This document shows, one piece after another, positions 39,901-52,732 of a stretch of 64,000 nucleotides of DNA (the stretch's first letter is position 1; each line of letters opens with the position of its first letter). The stretch is from Eledone cirrhosa (taxonomy: Eukaryota). The notes beneath the pieces are model-generated. The model was not told the DNA's origin. It searched no databases and saw only the letters and a program-made list of their open reading frames with translations. The DNA is taken from assembly GCA_964016885.1 (NCBI GenBank), contig CAXHJY010000115.1, positions 1-64,000 of the forward strand, in the 5' to 3' direction. The position numbers and the translations under genes were made by a program.

Positions 39901-42408
39901 CTACTTTTGGCACAAGGCCAGCAATTATTCCAGTGCATTACTGGTACTTTATTTTATCGACCCCGTAAGGATGAAAGGCAAAGTTAACCTCGGCGGGATT
40001 TGAACTCAGATCATAAAGGGCCATAACTCTATGGTGCAAAGCATGGCGTCCGACCCTCTACCAATACTGCCAATCCACCGCCCTATAAAATTATAATGGA
40101 AGGTTTTTAGATAAATATAAATACTTTAAAACAAACAGTTTGGTGTCATAGAACCAGCAGCAGTTTCAGGCGATTTAGTATCAAAAGGTTTAAGGTTATT
40201 TTCCCTGCTAAAACAAGGGTTAGCTTGTCTTACAGCTAGGGCTCAACTCTTTATAGTCACCTCTTACAGGGATACAGTGTACCTATTCTAAACCAGATGC
40301 ACACATTACACACATAAACAACAAAAAATAAGAACATCCTGCTGCACACATCTTAGGAACATCATGGAAGTGTGCCAAGTAATGCAGTAAAAACTTGCAT
40401 GAAACTGTCCAAGAAACGACAACAGCTTCTAATTTAGGCACAAGGCCAACAATTTTGGGGAGAGGTGGAAAAGTCGATTATATCAACCCCAGTATTTGAC
40501 TGGCCCTTTATTTTATTGAACCCCAGGAAAGATGAAATGCAGAGTTGACCTCAGCAGGATATGAACTAAGAATGCAAAGAACCAGAACAAATATCACAAA
40601 GCATCTATTTATCACTTCAGCCTATTCCCCACCATAAATAACAATGAAAACCTAAACCATTTTCCATTATTTTCTTAACAGATTATTATTGCTAAAGGAG
40701 CAGCCATTGAGATTGGAGCTGACGTTTATGTTCGTGTTGTGAATGTTCAGAAGTCTGTAGTTTGTGTCCAAGATCACAACCATTCTGTAAGACTACTTGT
40801 ACAACTGACCTTGGTCAAGCTATTAACACAGAAAACCTTGGAAGAAATAGAACAACAGAAGCATTCTATTTCAGCTATTGTGCAGGTATGTTACATACAT
40901 ATATATATATATATCATTATTTAAGATCCGCTTTCCCTGCTAGCAAGGGTTGGACAGGTCTCTATATATAGAGAGAGAGAGATGTGTGGCTATGCTGACT
41001 TATAACTTGCAGATGCGAGTTACAAGTCAGTATAGCCACACATCTCTCCATCTCTCTTAAGTTTTGAAAATCATGAAACTTGTGAAACTGGTAAAGTTAT
41101 AAGTTGCTGTAAATAAACCTTAAAGACTCCAATTACAGTTCCAACTTCTTTTTCCTATATTTTTACCCAAGTGGTATATATTAAAAAAATCTTACTTTCA
41201 AATATATATATATATATATATATATCTATATCCAAAATTAAGATAGATTAAAAGAATTCAATCAGAATTATGGGTGTCATTCCTTAACGGAATGTGCCAT
41301 ATCGCCCGGAAAATAAGCTCTAGGACTTTGTAAGTATGAGCATTTTAATAACTAGGAATTGATCAACATATATATAAATAAATATAAACATGAAAAATCA
41401 CAGGAGATAATTTTTACAAGCGTGTAACCACGCATGGCTAGTAGGTAACAAATAAATAAAGTTAACTAGAACTCCAAAATATATACCTTTTAATGATTGC
41501 CTTGCTCGTACAGAACTGTTTCCGACTTGGTTTCTACGGCTGGATGTCCTTCCTAACGCCCACCACATTTATAGTGTGGACTGAGAACTTTGGTGGGGCA
41601 GGTGTATGGTGATTGGGGAGGTATAGGGGCATGTGTGAGGAGCAGAGTGTGAGGACATGGAAGGGTATGGAGGCGAATACTGAGTTCAAATCCTGCCAAG
41701 GTTAGCTTTGCCTTTCATCCTTATATGGGTCAATAAAATTGAAGTACCAGTCACACACTGAGGTCAATTTAATCAACTTTCTCCTCCCCTAAAATTATTG
41801 GCAATGAACCTAAATCAGAAACCATTATTATCGACCCTTTACATTCAGAATTCAAATCCTGCTGAGGTTAGCTTTGCCTTTCATCCTTATGGGGTCAATA
41901 AAATGAAGTACCAGTCACACACTAGGGTTGATTTAATTGATTTTCCTCTCCTTTAAAATTATTAGCCTTGATTTAAAAAATTAATTAACAAACAAAAACA
42001 TAGGCAGTGACTTTTGTTAGAAATATGGTAATGAAAGTGTTTAATTATATGATAACATTTTCTTTCAGGATGAATGTAACAAGACAACATTTTGCTGGGG
42101 AGTTGAGATTAGTCGCTGTGAACTGTAAGTAATAGAAATATTTTACCAGTTGTTCCCATTAACAGTCAGATAAGGAGACAAAACAACTGTTTTAAGGCCT
42201 TATGGGTTCTATGATAGACTTCATAATTATGTGGGGTCCTTTTTGTGACTGTGTTTAATGGCAAGAGAAGTACTTAGCGAAAAGTAAACCCTTTAATTGG
42301 CATTTGTTGACCTGGAGAAGGCTTTTGACAGAGTCTCCCATTCCATTATCTAGTGGGCTCTTAGAAAACTAGGAGTAGATAAGTGGTTCGTGAGAGCAGT
42401 TACAAGCC

Positions 42409-42464
<56 letters not shown>

Positions 42465-45400
42465 TCATCATCATCATCATCATCAACGTTTAACGTCCGT
42501 GTTCCACGCTTGCATGGGTTTGGACGGGGGTTTTCCCACTTGAGGCAAGAGTGATTATCTTGCTCGCATAGGACTATCTGGCGGGTTTTCTACAGCTGGA
42601 TGCCCTTCCTAACACCAACCACATTTACAGTGTGGGGCTGGGAGGTTTTTACCGTGTTGCCTACATGGCCACATTACAGCGTGGACTGTCTGGCGGGTTT
42701 TCTACAGCTGGATGCCCTTCCTAACACCAACCACATTTACAGTGTGGGGCTGGGCGGTTTTTACCGTGTTGCCTACACGGCCACATTACAGCGTGGACTG
42801 TGTGTTTTTTTGTCGTGACACCTACACGATCTCATTTGTTTCGGCCTGGATGTTGTGGCACCAACATAACTTTATATATATATATATCAGGTGTATACAG
42901 TGTGTTCAGTGTTGGTATCCAGTTTCGGGGTATCCAATTAGAAAATCCAACGAATTTTTGAGAGGGGTCCACGCAAGCATTGATATCATCATCATCATCA
43001 TCATCAACGTTTAACGTCCATGTTCCACGCTTGCATGGGTTTGGACGGGGGTTTTCCCACTTGAGGCAAGAGTGGTTGTCTTGCTCGCATAAGACTGTCT
43101 GGAGGGTTTTCTACAGCTGGATGCCCTTCCTAACACCAACCACATTTACAGTGTGGGGCTGGGAGGTTTTTACCGTGTTGCCTACACGGCCACATTACAG
43201 CGTGGACTGTCTGGCGGGTTTTCTACAGCTGGATGCCCTTCCTAACACCAACCACATTTACAGTGTGGGGCTGGGAGGTTTTTACCGTGTTGCCTACACG
43301 GCCACATTACAGCGTGGACTGTGTGTTTTTTGTCGTGACACCTACACGATCCCATTTGTTTCGGCCTGGATGTTGTGGTACCAACATAACTTTACATTGA
43401 AAGGGGCAGTGTGGATAGGGTGGGGGTGGTGGGACGGGGGTGTATTTTGTTAGAGATGCCTACTGACTGTAGTAGGTTTTACTTTGTATTTAGGTAAGGC
43501 GGGTCTTCTCTATTACTGAGTACCGCCAAAGGTCTCGGTCCAGTGACATTGTCTTGGAGAGGTGTAAGTGTGTGAGGTCGGAATTTATCAGCTCGTCCCA
43601 GGTTTTTCTGGGTCTGCCTACTCCGTGGCTACCGTCTATCTTTATTGCCCTGCACTTTGTTATACAGCTATCGTCTTTCATGCGCATCACGTGACCATAC
43701 CAATGTAGCCTTCTCTCGAGTAAACAACATCTGATCCCTCTTATTTCTAATTTTTTCCTTAGTTTGTTTATGCTTTGCCGTTCACGTATATTACTATTAC
43801 ACATCCAGCGAAGCATGCAAGCTCGTTCCTCTCTAGTCTGCGTATATCCTCTGCACACAATGCCCAGGTCTCACTGCCATGCAACATTGCTGTTCGTATG
43901 CAGGCATCATACAGCCTGCCTTTCATTTTTAGGGAGAACCCTTTAGCGGCTAATAGTGGTATAAGCTCTCTGAACTTTTTCCATCCAGTTCTGACTCTAG
44001 CTACTGTACTTTCAGAGCACCCTCCCCCACTGCTGATTTTGTCACCCAGGTAACGGAAGCTGTCCACTATTTCTATAGGACCCTCTGTGCAGTTGAAAGA
44101 GCTAGTATTTTCTGGGCACTTGCTGCTACTTATTGCACCAGAGCACCGGCCACATGTAAAATCTATGTTCTTAGTTAGCTTACCTGTGATCCCACTACAT
44201 CTTTTATGCACCCATACTTTGCATTTGGGACACAAAATGGAGTTTCTACCTACGCCTTTCCTACACACTGAGCATGGCCACTTCCCGGAAGGGACCGCCG
44301 CCTTATTTTCTTTCTTACAAACTAGAACTTTAGTCTTAGCCAGGTTAATTTTAAGGCCTTTTGATTCTAGGCCGTGCTTCCATGCTTGGAATTTCTTCTC
44401 TAGCTCGGCCATTGATTCAGCTATGAGTGTTAGGTCATCTGCGTATAGGAGTTCCCATGGGCAGCTGGTCTTGAACTCCTCTGTTATATCCTGAAGGGCA
44501 ATAATAAATAGTAGGGGGCTGAGAACAGAGCCCTGATGGACGCCAACTTTTACGCTAAACTCTTCACTATATTCGTTGTTAATTCTAACCTTGCTGACTG
44601 TTTCTTTATACATGGCTTGTATAGCTCTCACAAGCCATTCGTCAACACCTAGTTTTCTAAGAGCCCACCAGATAATGGAACGGAGGACTCTGTCGAAGGC
44701 TTTCTCCAAGTCGACAAAAGCTAAGTATAGGGGTTTACTTTTAGCTAGGTACTTCTCCTGTAGTTGTCGTACAATGAAAAGAGCATCTGATATATATATG
44801 TATATATGTAAAATGTAAGCAGAAATAACAACGAAAGATTTCCTGGTAGAAGTTCAGGTGTATTCAGTGTTGGTATCCAGTTTCGGGGTATCCAATTAGA
44901 AAATCCAACAAATTTTTGAGAGGGGTCCACGCAAGTATATATATATATATGTATATGTAAAATGTAAGCAGAAATAACAACACATATACTAATGAACATA
45001 CATTACATTAAACACAGAGGGACTGTAAATGATAATAATTTAGGAAAGCCCTTCAAGATGTATATGACGAAAAAGAAGACGATTTAGAGACGTATGACAT
45101 AGATAATAACTGGAATTTCTTACGTGACAACTTGCTGCAGGCTACTGATGAAACCTGTGGCTGGAGCAGAGCTCCAACCAGACAGAGAGTGACCTGGTGG
45201 TGGAACAGCACAGTAGATAAGGCTATTAGAGACAAAAGACTAGCATGGAAGGCTTGGAAAAAGGGTGGGAGTAGGGAAGAATATACAGCCACTAAGAGAG
45301 AAGCTAGACGTCAGGTGTACTTAGCACGCAGGGAGGCAGAGAGTAGGAGGTTTGCCAATGTTCTGCGACGGGAAGATCAGAGGCGTGCGGTGTTCCACAT

Positions 45401-48400
45401 TGCAAGGCAGTGTGTCAATGCAAATCAGGATGTTGTTGGAGATAAATGTGTCCGGGATGATGCCGGTGTACTTAGTGTCACGAATAATCAGAAAAAGGAG
45501 GCCTGGAAATGTCATTATGAGAGACTGATGAATGTGGAGAACGAATGGGAGAGAGAGAAATTACCCTTGGTGGATCCGACAGAGGGACCAGCTATTGAAA
45601 TTGATGAATATAGGGTCCAAGAGGTGATTAGGGAAATGAAAAATGGTAAGGCTGCCGGACCATCGGGAATAGTTGCTGAGATGCTGAAGGCATCAGGGGA
45701 CGTAGGCACTAAACTGGTTGCACGCATCATCAATCAGGCTATATATGGTGGTGTCATACCCAAAGACTGGTGCAGCAGTATTCTCATAAATTGCTACAAA
45801 GGTAAAGGGGATGCTTTGGAGAGGAGCAATTATAGGGGTATAAAACTGATAGATCAGGTTATGAAAGTGGCAGAAAGGATTTTAGCACAACTAATTAGAG
45901 AAAGGGTCAAACTAGATGAGATGCAGTTTGGTTTTGTGCCTGGGAAGAGTACAACAGATGCCCTCTTCTTGGTGAGACAATTGCAAGAGAGGTTCTTAGA
46001 GAAGAATAAGCTACTATACTTAGCCTTTGTTGACCTAGAGAAGGCCTTTGATAGGGTACCCCAATCTGTCATCTGGTGGTCCCTAAGGAAGCTAGGTGTT
46101 GAGGAATGGCTTGTGAGGACAGTGCAAACTTTGTACAGAGGTACTCTCAGTAAAGTCAGGGTAGGAATGGAGTTTAGTGAGGAATTCCAGATACAAGTAG
46201 GCGTACATCAGGGTTCGGTCCTCAGCCCGCTCTTGTTCATTATAGTCCTCCAAGCCATAACAGAGGAGTTTAAGACTGGCTATCCATGGGAACTTCTCTA
46301 CGCTGACGATCTGGTTCTGAGAGCAGAATCAGTAGAGGAGCTAGAGAATAAATTCTGGCTATGGAAACAGCAGTTGGAAGCAAGAGGACTGAGAGTGAAT
46401 CTAGCTAAGACAAAAGTGTTGATGAGTAGAAAAGAGGACAAAACCCTGATTCCGTGAGGGAAATGGCCATGTTCGATATGCAGAAAAGGAACTGGCATAA
46501 ATTCTATAAAATGCACACAATGCAGATCCTGGGTACACAAGAGATGTAGCGGGATAGCAGGCAAACTAACAGGTAGGGAGAAATATGTATGCAGTAGATG
46601 TACAGGGAAATTAGACAGTAGAAGTTGCATTGATAGACACATTTTTCAAATGCAGGAGGGCGCTATAGAAGTGGTGGATAGCTTCCGGTACCTAGGAGAT
46701 CAGATTAGCATGGGAGGAGGGTGTTCCGAGGCCATAGTATCTAGAATAAGGACGGGTTGGAAGAAGTTTAGGAAGCTGCTTCCTCTGTTGACGAAGAAGG
46801 GTTTCTCCCTGCGTACGAAAGGCCGGTTGTATGAAGCCTGTGTGAGGAGCGCGATGCTGCATGGTAGTGAGACATGGGCAGCAACTGCAGAGGATATGCG
46901 ACGGCTGGAGAGAAATGAGGCAAGCATGCTCCGTTGGATGTGCAGTGTAAATGTGCGTGAACGACCCAGCATAAATGTGTTGAGAGAGAAACTGTGTCTG
47001 AGACGGATAGAATGTAGTGTACGCGAGAGGAGACTGAGGTGGTATGGACATGTGATGCGCATGGAGGATGACCGATGGGTGAAGAAGTGCCAGGAATTGC
47101 CAGTTGAAGGAAGACGTGGTAGAGGTAGACCACAAAAAACATGGGCGGAGGTGGTGAGAACAGACCTCAGATCATTGAAGCTCACGGTGGAGATGACGAG
47201 GGACCGTGATGAGTGGAGAGATGCTGTGCTGAATAAGACCCGTCCCACCCTTGCAAGCAGGGAAAAGCGGACGTAAAATGATGATGATGATATATATTCA
47301 ATTGAATCTGACTCTAATCATTGTATTTCTTTTTAAGTGGTAAACTTTATCTATTACCTTGTTTAACCATCTGATCCTTGGATGCTTTCAACAGAATCCA
47401 CTTTGCTGCTAGCATTTGGGCCAGACCTCCAGTTTGAGGATAACTTTATCCTTACACCTTTAGATTCTCTTGAAAAATAGGTTATCATGGCCACTGCCCA
47501 CCCTCCCCCTCCTTCATTAAACAGTAATAAGAAATAAAAAGGTTTTTTTCACATATTTTTCTATATTTTTTTAGGTCTCATATAAAAGTCCTTGTTGCAC
47601 CTTCTGATAAAAAGGTTCCTTTACCTAAATGTCTCCAGCCACCAGGTTATACAGATTCCAAGTATGAAGGTCTCTTTGACAATCTACCTGTTCCTTTCCA
47701 GCAGCTGGCTAATGCAGTCGTGAACAAAACAAAAGGTGACCCCATACTCACATTATTCGTTAATGCACATGCACATACATACATCATGCACACACATACA
47801 TCATGCAACACACACATGCAGACAACAGTCAGACTCATAAGTAATGGTTCCTTAATTTTGCCCAACCACTGAGTGGAAAGTTTGATGTTTCAACCTTTCA
47901 GTGACAATAGTTCTAAAGAAATTCACTGTTTCAATTAATGAAGATTTACCAAAATTATTGATTAATTCAATACTAAGATAATATCGTTCTTATACAAAAT
48001 TACGGTGAAAGATTTCAATTTATTTTAAACACCTTTATAATGAGCAGGTTTTTTTTTTTTCATAGAACCAGGGACAGGTTTTGTTTGGAGCTGATATCAA
48101 AAGGTTTAACTCTTTAGCATTTACATTACTCTATTTTTCCTATTGTATTTTTGTGGAAAAAGCTCTAATTTACATAATTATCTCACATAATATTGAATCT
48201 ATGAGATTTTGATGTTATTTATTTTGAGAACAATACCTTAACATTGGTATGATCAGCCAGTTATGGCCGGTTTGAACAGAAAGAGATGAGAGAATTCTGG
48301 ACGGATACAGCTGGTTTAAATGCTAAAGGGTTAAGCAAAAATATTTTAAATTCCAAACTACTGAGCAACATTTTGATATAGATGTCAACAAAACATCCAT

Positions 48401-49379
48401 GCTCCTGCATAGCGTAGGAGGAATGCTGCTCACAAGACACTTGCCCAAGATGCGACACAGTGAGACGGAACCCATAAACCACATGATTACAAAACAAATT
48501 CCTTAACCACACAGCCAGAATTACATCTATTTCTCGTTGTATGTTATTGCTGAATTAACTTGGTTTATTATTTCTATCAGAGAGTTATTCCAACCAAACA
48601 ACAGATATACCAAAGACATCTCCTACAAGAGAAGATGAGGAAAAATATTCAGAAATAACTAAAGACCCCTTTGATGTGATCATCTTTAAGCTACAGTCAG
48701 TGTTGGATAAAGATTTGGTGCAGTCTGTGAATTCAATTTACCAATTCCATATTGTTGGTGAGATTAATAAGAAGTTCATACTAGATCTCAAAAAGGGTAT
48801 GTATTTACAATTTTGTTTCATCTTTATTCTGTTTAAAACATGTTGTTGTTGTTGTAGTATTGGTCATAATCCCACTAATGTCAGTTTAACCCTTTTTTGA
48901 CACCTTTTGGGATGAGTTCTACAACACAAAACTGTTTATCTTAAAGTGTTTATATTTATCTAAAAACCTTCCCTCACAATTTTATGGAAGAACATTAACC
49001 CTTTAGCATTTACATTACTCTATATATACCAAAACTCTCTGCAATGGGTGTGAAGGATGATCTTTTTAATAATGAGAAAGTTGGTTACATTACTAAATCC
49101 CTTGAAATTCTTGGTAGAGAAAAAATTAATATTTATCAATGTCTCTTTTGTAATATATCTTCAGGTTGTGGGTCTGTGAAATTTGTTGAAACTACAGAAA
49201 ATCCTGATTGTGCTGACGTTAGTTTGACACTTAACTACAAGGACTTTATATCATTAATACATGGGCAACTGAAACCTTTAGATGCCTACAAAAATGGTTG
49301 TTTGAAAATAACTGGAAATATGTTGGCAGCGCTGAGGATTGAACTTATATTAAACAGATTACGAGCTGTCACTTTGTAG
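36939..49379 (+). CDS. STOML1: Stomatin-like protein 1 (SPFH/band-7 domain + C-terminal SCP2 sterol-carrier domain), 9 coding exons, 423 aa
   Basis: Exons 36939-37104, 37863-37966, 38465-38531, 39507-39589, 40682-40885, 42069-42124, 47575-47735, 48581-48796 and 49165-49379. All are GT-AG with matching phases and total 1272 nt. Motifs include LFITMPVSLWFSFK, YERIVIFRLG..KGPG, LPWID..VDMRTKAFNVPPQ, WGVEISRCEL and the SCP2-type GQLKPLDAYKNGCLKITGNM. Confidence 0.93.
37310..37665 (-). mobile_element. tRNA-derived SINE
   Basis: Minus strand has a tRNA-like head (GCATGGCTTAGTTGTTAAAG..TTTGATTCTTGG) and a CTCAGCTGTAGAAATGAG body. Confidence 0.7.
38696..38803 (+). ncRNA. Hammerhead ribozyme motif with extended stem II (intronic, sense to STOML1)
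   Basis: TTCCT CTGAAGA [ATCTATTGGGTAC-AATTCTACGGT..ACCGTAGAATT..GTACCTAAGGGAT] GAAAC ACCAT GTA ATGAA. The core is intact and helix I has one mismatch. Confidence 0.7.
38865..39300 (-). mobile_element. RTE LINE 3' end fragment with (GAT)n tail
   Basis: Homologous to 42984-43530, including CTGGATGCCCTTCCTAACACCAACC. Confidence 0.8.
39895..40084 (-). mobile_element. Full-length SINE (GCCTTTCATCC core family)
   Basis: Reverse complement of 61588-61782. Confidence 0.85.
41680..41970 (+). mobile_element. Two tandem partial SINEs (GCCTTTCATCC core family)
   Basis: Core repeated twice. Confidence 0.8.
42255..42412 (+). mobile_element. Decayed RTE RT fragment
   Basis: Encodes QEKYLAKSKPL/LAFVDLEKAFDRV-like sequence with disruptions. 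Confidence 0.75.
42462..42872 (-). mobile_element. Duplicate of the RTE 3' UTR and (GAT)n tail
   Basis: Near-identical to 42984-43392, including the same internal ~112-bp tandem duplication. Confidence 0.85.
42984..44790 (-). mobile_element. RTE-clade LINE, 5'-truncated and frameshifted (subfamily 1)
   Basis: EKAFD, GVHQGSVLSP, YADD, a Cys-rich insert WPCSVC..CPKC..VHKRC..CGRC, and RRLHWYGHVMR..GRPRKTW. The tail appears as (CAT)n on the plus strand. Confidence 0.95.
45000..47290 (+). mobile_element. RTE-clade LINE, 5'-truncated (subfamily 2, copy 1)
   Basis: ORFs 45132-46457 and 46650-47276 share one frame split by a premature TGA at 46455 (TCA in copy 2). Motifs NYRGIKL, QFGF, YADD and a (GAT)n tail. 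Confidence 0.96.
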
Positions 49380-50379
49380 AATGGAGAATTATTAACAAAG
49401 TCATCCATAGTTGTTGCTTCAATTGTTGTATTTGTGTGTTTGTTGTATTGTTGTTGTAATTAGGCACATGGCCCAGTGGGTTTATGAAAGCACGTGGTTA
49501 AAAGGCTGGACTCCTAATCAAAGTCATGTGTTTGATTCCTAGACTGGGCAGTGCAACATGTTTTTGAGCAAGATACTTTATTTCACATTGTTCCTTCTGT
49601 CAAGAGTTGCAGATAGTATCAGCAATGGAAAGATCAATGGGAACATTGTTTCATTGGTTCGATTTGATGATCAGCTCCTCCTTCCCTTCTTTTCAGAGAA
49701 AGAAAATAAATGATAGTCTAGCAAAGGGGAAACTCGGGAAATTATAAGAGTGATGTTTGGGTTGTAGCATAGCTGGTGGTTAGGGAATATAAAAATTATA
49801 ATAAAGTGATGTTTGGGTTGTAGCATAGTGGATATATAAATTATAAAGTCAGTGAAGTCATCTTGTTAAAATAATTGCTTCTCTTGAATTCTGAGAGCGG
49901 TAACATATCTCATCTTTATGCTGAGATATGTACACCTGCATAACACTGGTATTCAGTTTCCAATCAATAAGAAGATAGAAGATTGAGTTAACCTTGAAAG
50001 AAGGAATGTGTAATCTGATTCTTGTAAAACTCACAACATTCTACAAACTTGCTTTCTTATAAAATAAAATGGCTGCCAAATGATGTATGAATATTTATAC
50101 TTATGTATGTATCTCTATACTTATGTATGTATTTCTCTCTGTATATTGCTTTAGCTGTATCTTAATAGTTTTTACATGGTATTTTTGCTCTTTCTTCACC
50201 GACCGCTTTATATATTTCATCATCATCATATATATTACTCTATTATTGTATTATGGGTTCCAGCTGATAGGCTGAGGCCATGCTGGGACACCACCATTGT
50301 ATATATATATATATATATGTATACATATATATATGTGTGTGTGTGTGTGTATATATATATGTATATATATATGTGTGTG

Positions 50380-50409
<30 letters not shown>

Positions 50410-50410
<1 letters not shown>

Positions 50411-50585
50411 CATCTTCGTTTAACATCCATCTTCCATGCTAGCATGGGTTAGACGGGAGTTGTCCCACTTGAGGCAAGGTTGGTCGAGTGACCGTGTCTC
50501 GCTCATATAGGACTATCTGGCAGGTTTTCTACGGCTGGATGCCTTTCCTAACACCAACCACATTTACAGTGTGGAACTTTTTACC
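50410..50585 (-). mobile_element. RTE 3' end fragment
   Basis: Same 3' sequence as 38865 and 42984. Confidence 0.75.
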
Positions 50586-50665
50586 GATGTATGTATGTAT
50601 ATATATATATATATATGTGTGTGCGTGTATGTATCTATATATATGTGTGTGCATGTATGTATGTA

Positions 50666-52315
50666 ATGAAAAATGGTAAGGCTGCCGGACCATCGGGAAT
50701 AGTTGCTGAGATGCTGAAGGCATCAGGGGACGTAGGCACTAAACTGGTTGCACGCATCATCAATCAGGCTATATATGGTGGTGTCATACCCAAAGACTGG
50801 TGCAGCAGTATTCTCATAAATTGCTACAAAGGTAAAGGGGATGCTCTGGAGAGGAGCAATTATAGGGGTATAAAACTGATAGATCAGGTTATGAAAGTGG
50901 CAGAAAGGATTTTAGCACAACTAATTAGAGAAAGGGTCAAACTAGATGAGATGCAGTTTGGTTTTGTTCCTGGGAAGAGTACAACAGATGCCCTCTTCTT
51001 GGTGAGACAATTGCAAGAGAGGTTCTTAGAGAAGAATAAGCTACTATACTTAGCCTTTGTTGACCTAGAGAAGGCCTTTGATAGGGTACCCCGATCTGTC
51101 ATCTGGTGGTCCCTAAGGAAGCTAGGTGTTGAGGAATGGCTTGTGAGGACAGTGCAAACTTTGTACAGAGGTACTCTCAGTAAATTCAGGGTAGGAATGG
51201 AGTTTAGTGAGGAATTCCAGATACAAGTAGGAGTACATCAGGGGTCGGTCCTCAGCCCGCTCTTGTTCATTATAGTCCTCCAAGCCATAACAGAGGAGTT
51301 TAAGACTGGCTATCCATGGGAACTTCTCTATGCTGACAATCTGGTTCTTATAGCAGAATCAGTAGAGGAGCTAGAGAATAAATTCTGGCTATGGAAACAG
51401 CAGTTGGAAGCAAGAGGACTGAGAGTGAATCTAGCTAAGACAAAAGTGTTGATGAGTAGAAAAGAGGACAAAACCCTGATTCCATCAGAGAAATGGCCAT
51501 GTTCGATATGCAGAAAAGGAACTGGCATAAATTCTATAAAATGCACACAATGCAGATCCTGGGTACACAAGAGATGTAGCGGGATAGCAGGCAAACTAAC
51601 AGGTAGGGAGAAATATGTATGCAGTAGATGTACAGGGAAATTAGACAGTAGAAGTTGCATTGATAGACACATTTTTCAAATGCAGGAGGGCGCTATAGAA
51701 GTGGTGGATAGCTTCCGGTACCTAGGAGATCAGATTAGCATGGGAGGAGGGTGTTCTGAGGCCATAGTATCTAGAATAAGGACGGGTTGGAAGAAGTTTA
51801 GGGAGCTGCTTCCTCTGTTGACGAAGAAGGGTTTCTCCCTGCGTACGAAAGGCCGGTTGTATGATGCCTGTGTGAGGAGCGCGATGCTGCATGGTAGTGA
51901 GACATGGTCAGCAACTGCAGAGGATATGCGACGGCTGGAGAGAAATGAGGCAAGCATGCTCCGTTGGATGTGCGTGAACGACCCAGCATAAATGTGTTGA
52001 TAGAGAAACTGTGTCTGAGAGGGATAGAATGTAGTGTACGGGAGAGGAGACTGAGGTGGTATGGACATGTGATGCGCATGGAGGATGACCGATGGGTGAA
52101 GAAGTGCCAGGAATTGCCAGTTGAAGGAAGACGTGGTAGAGGTAGACCACGAAAAACATGGGCGGAGGTGGTGAGAACAGACCTCAGATCATTGAAGCTC
52201 ACGGTGGAGATGACAAAGGACTGTGACGAGTGGAGAGATGCTTTGCTGAATAAGACCCGTCCCACCCTTGCAAGCAGGGAAAAGCTGGCGTATGATGATG
52301 ATGATGATGATGATG
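50666..52315 (+). mobile_element. RTE-clade LINE, 5'-truncated (subfamily 2, copy 2)
   Basis: Nearly identical to 45637-47290. YADD is mutated to YADN, there is a 10-bp deletion/frameshift near 51972, and it has a (GAT)n tail and a long flanking duplication. Confidence 0.96.
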
Positions 52316-52417
52316 TATATATATATATATATATACATATATGTGTGTGCGTGTATGTATCTATATATATGTGTGTGCATGTATGTATCTATGTATGTAT
52401 ATATGGATATATTTATA

Positions 52418-52448
<31 letters not shown>

Positions 52449-52584
52449 TTATATGCCTGTGTGTGTGTAAAACAAATTAAGATGACAAATAAAATTTCTT
52501 AAATCATTAAATTCTTTACAATTGTTTCAATACAAATCTCATTAAAATACATTGCTAAGATAGACAAATGTAATAAATAATAAT

Positions 52585-52732
52585 AATTGTTTCTGATTTA
52601 GTCACAAGGTCAGCAATTTTAGGGGAGGGGAAAGTCACTTAAATTGACCCCAGTGTCTTACTGGTACTTTATTTTATCGACCCCGTAAGGATGAAAGGCA
52701 GAGCTAACTTCAGCAGGATTTGAACTCAGAAC
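52585..52732 (-). mobile_element. SINE (GCCTTTCATCC core family)
   Basis: Reverse complement of the core. Confidence 0.8.

Noticed and set aside
46455-46457. In-frame TGA in the RTE as possible selenocysteine or readthrough
   Set aside because: The sister copy has TCA (Ser) at this codon, so it is an ordinary nonsense mutation.
42712-52265. Numerous antisense or short ORFs over LINE and SINE sequence (e.g. MPFLTPTTFTVW peptides)
   Set aside because: Shadow frames of retroelements.
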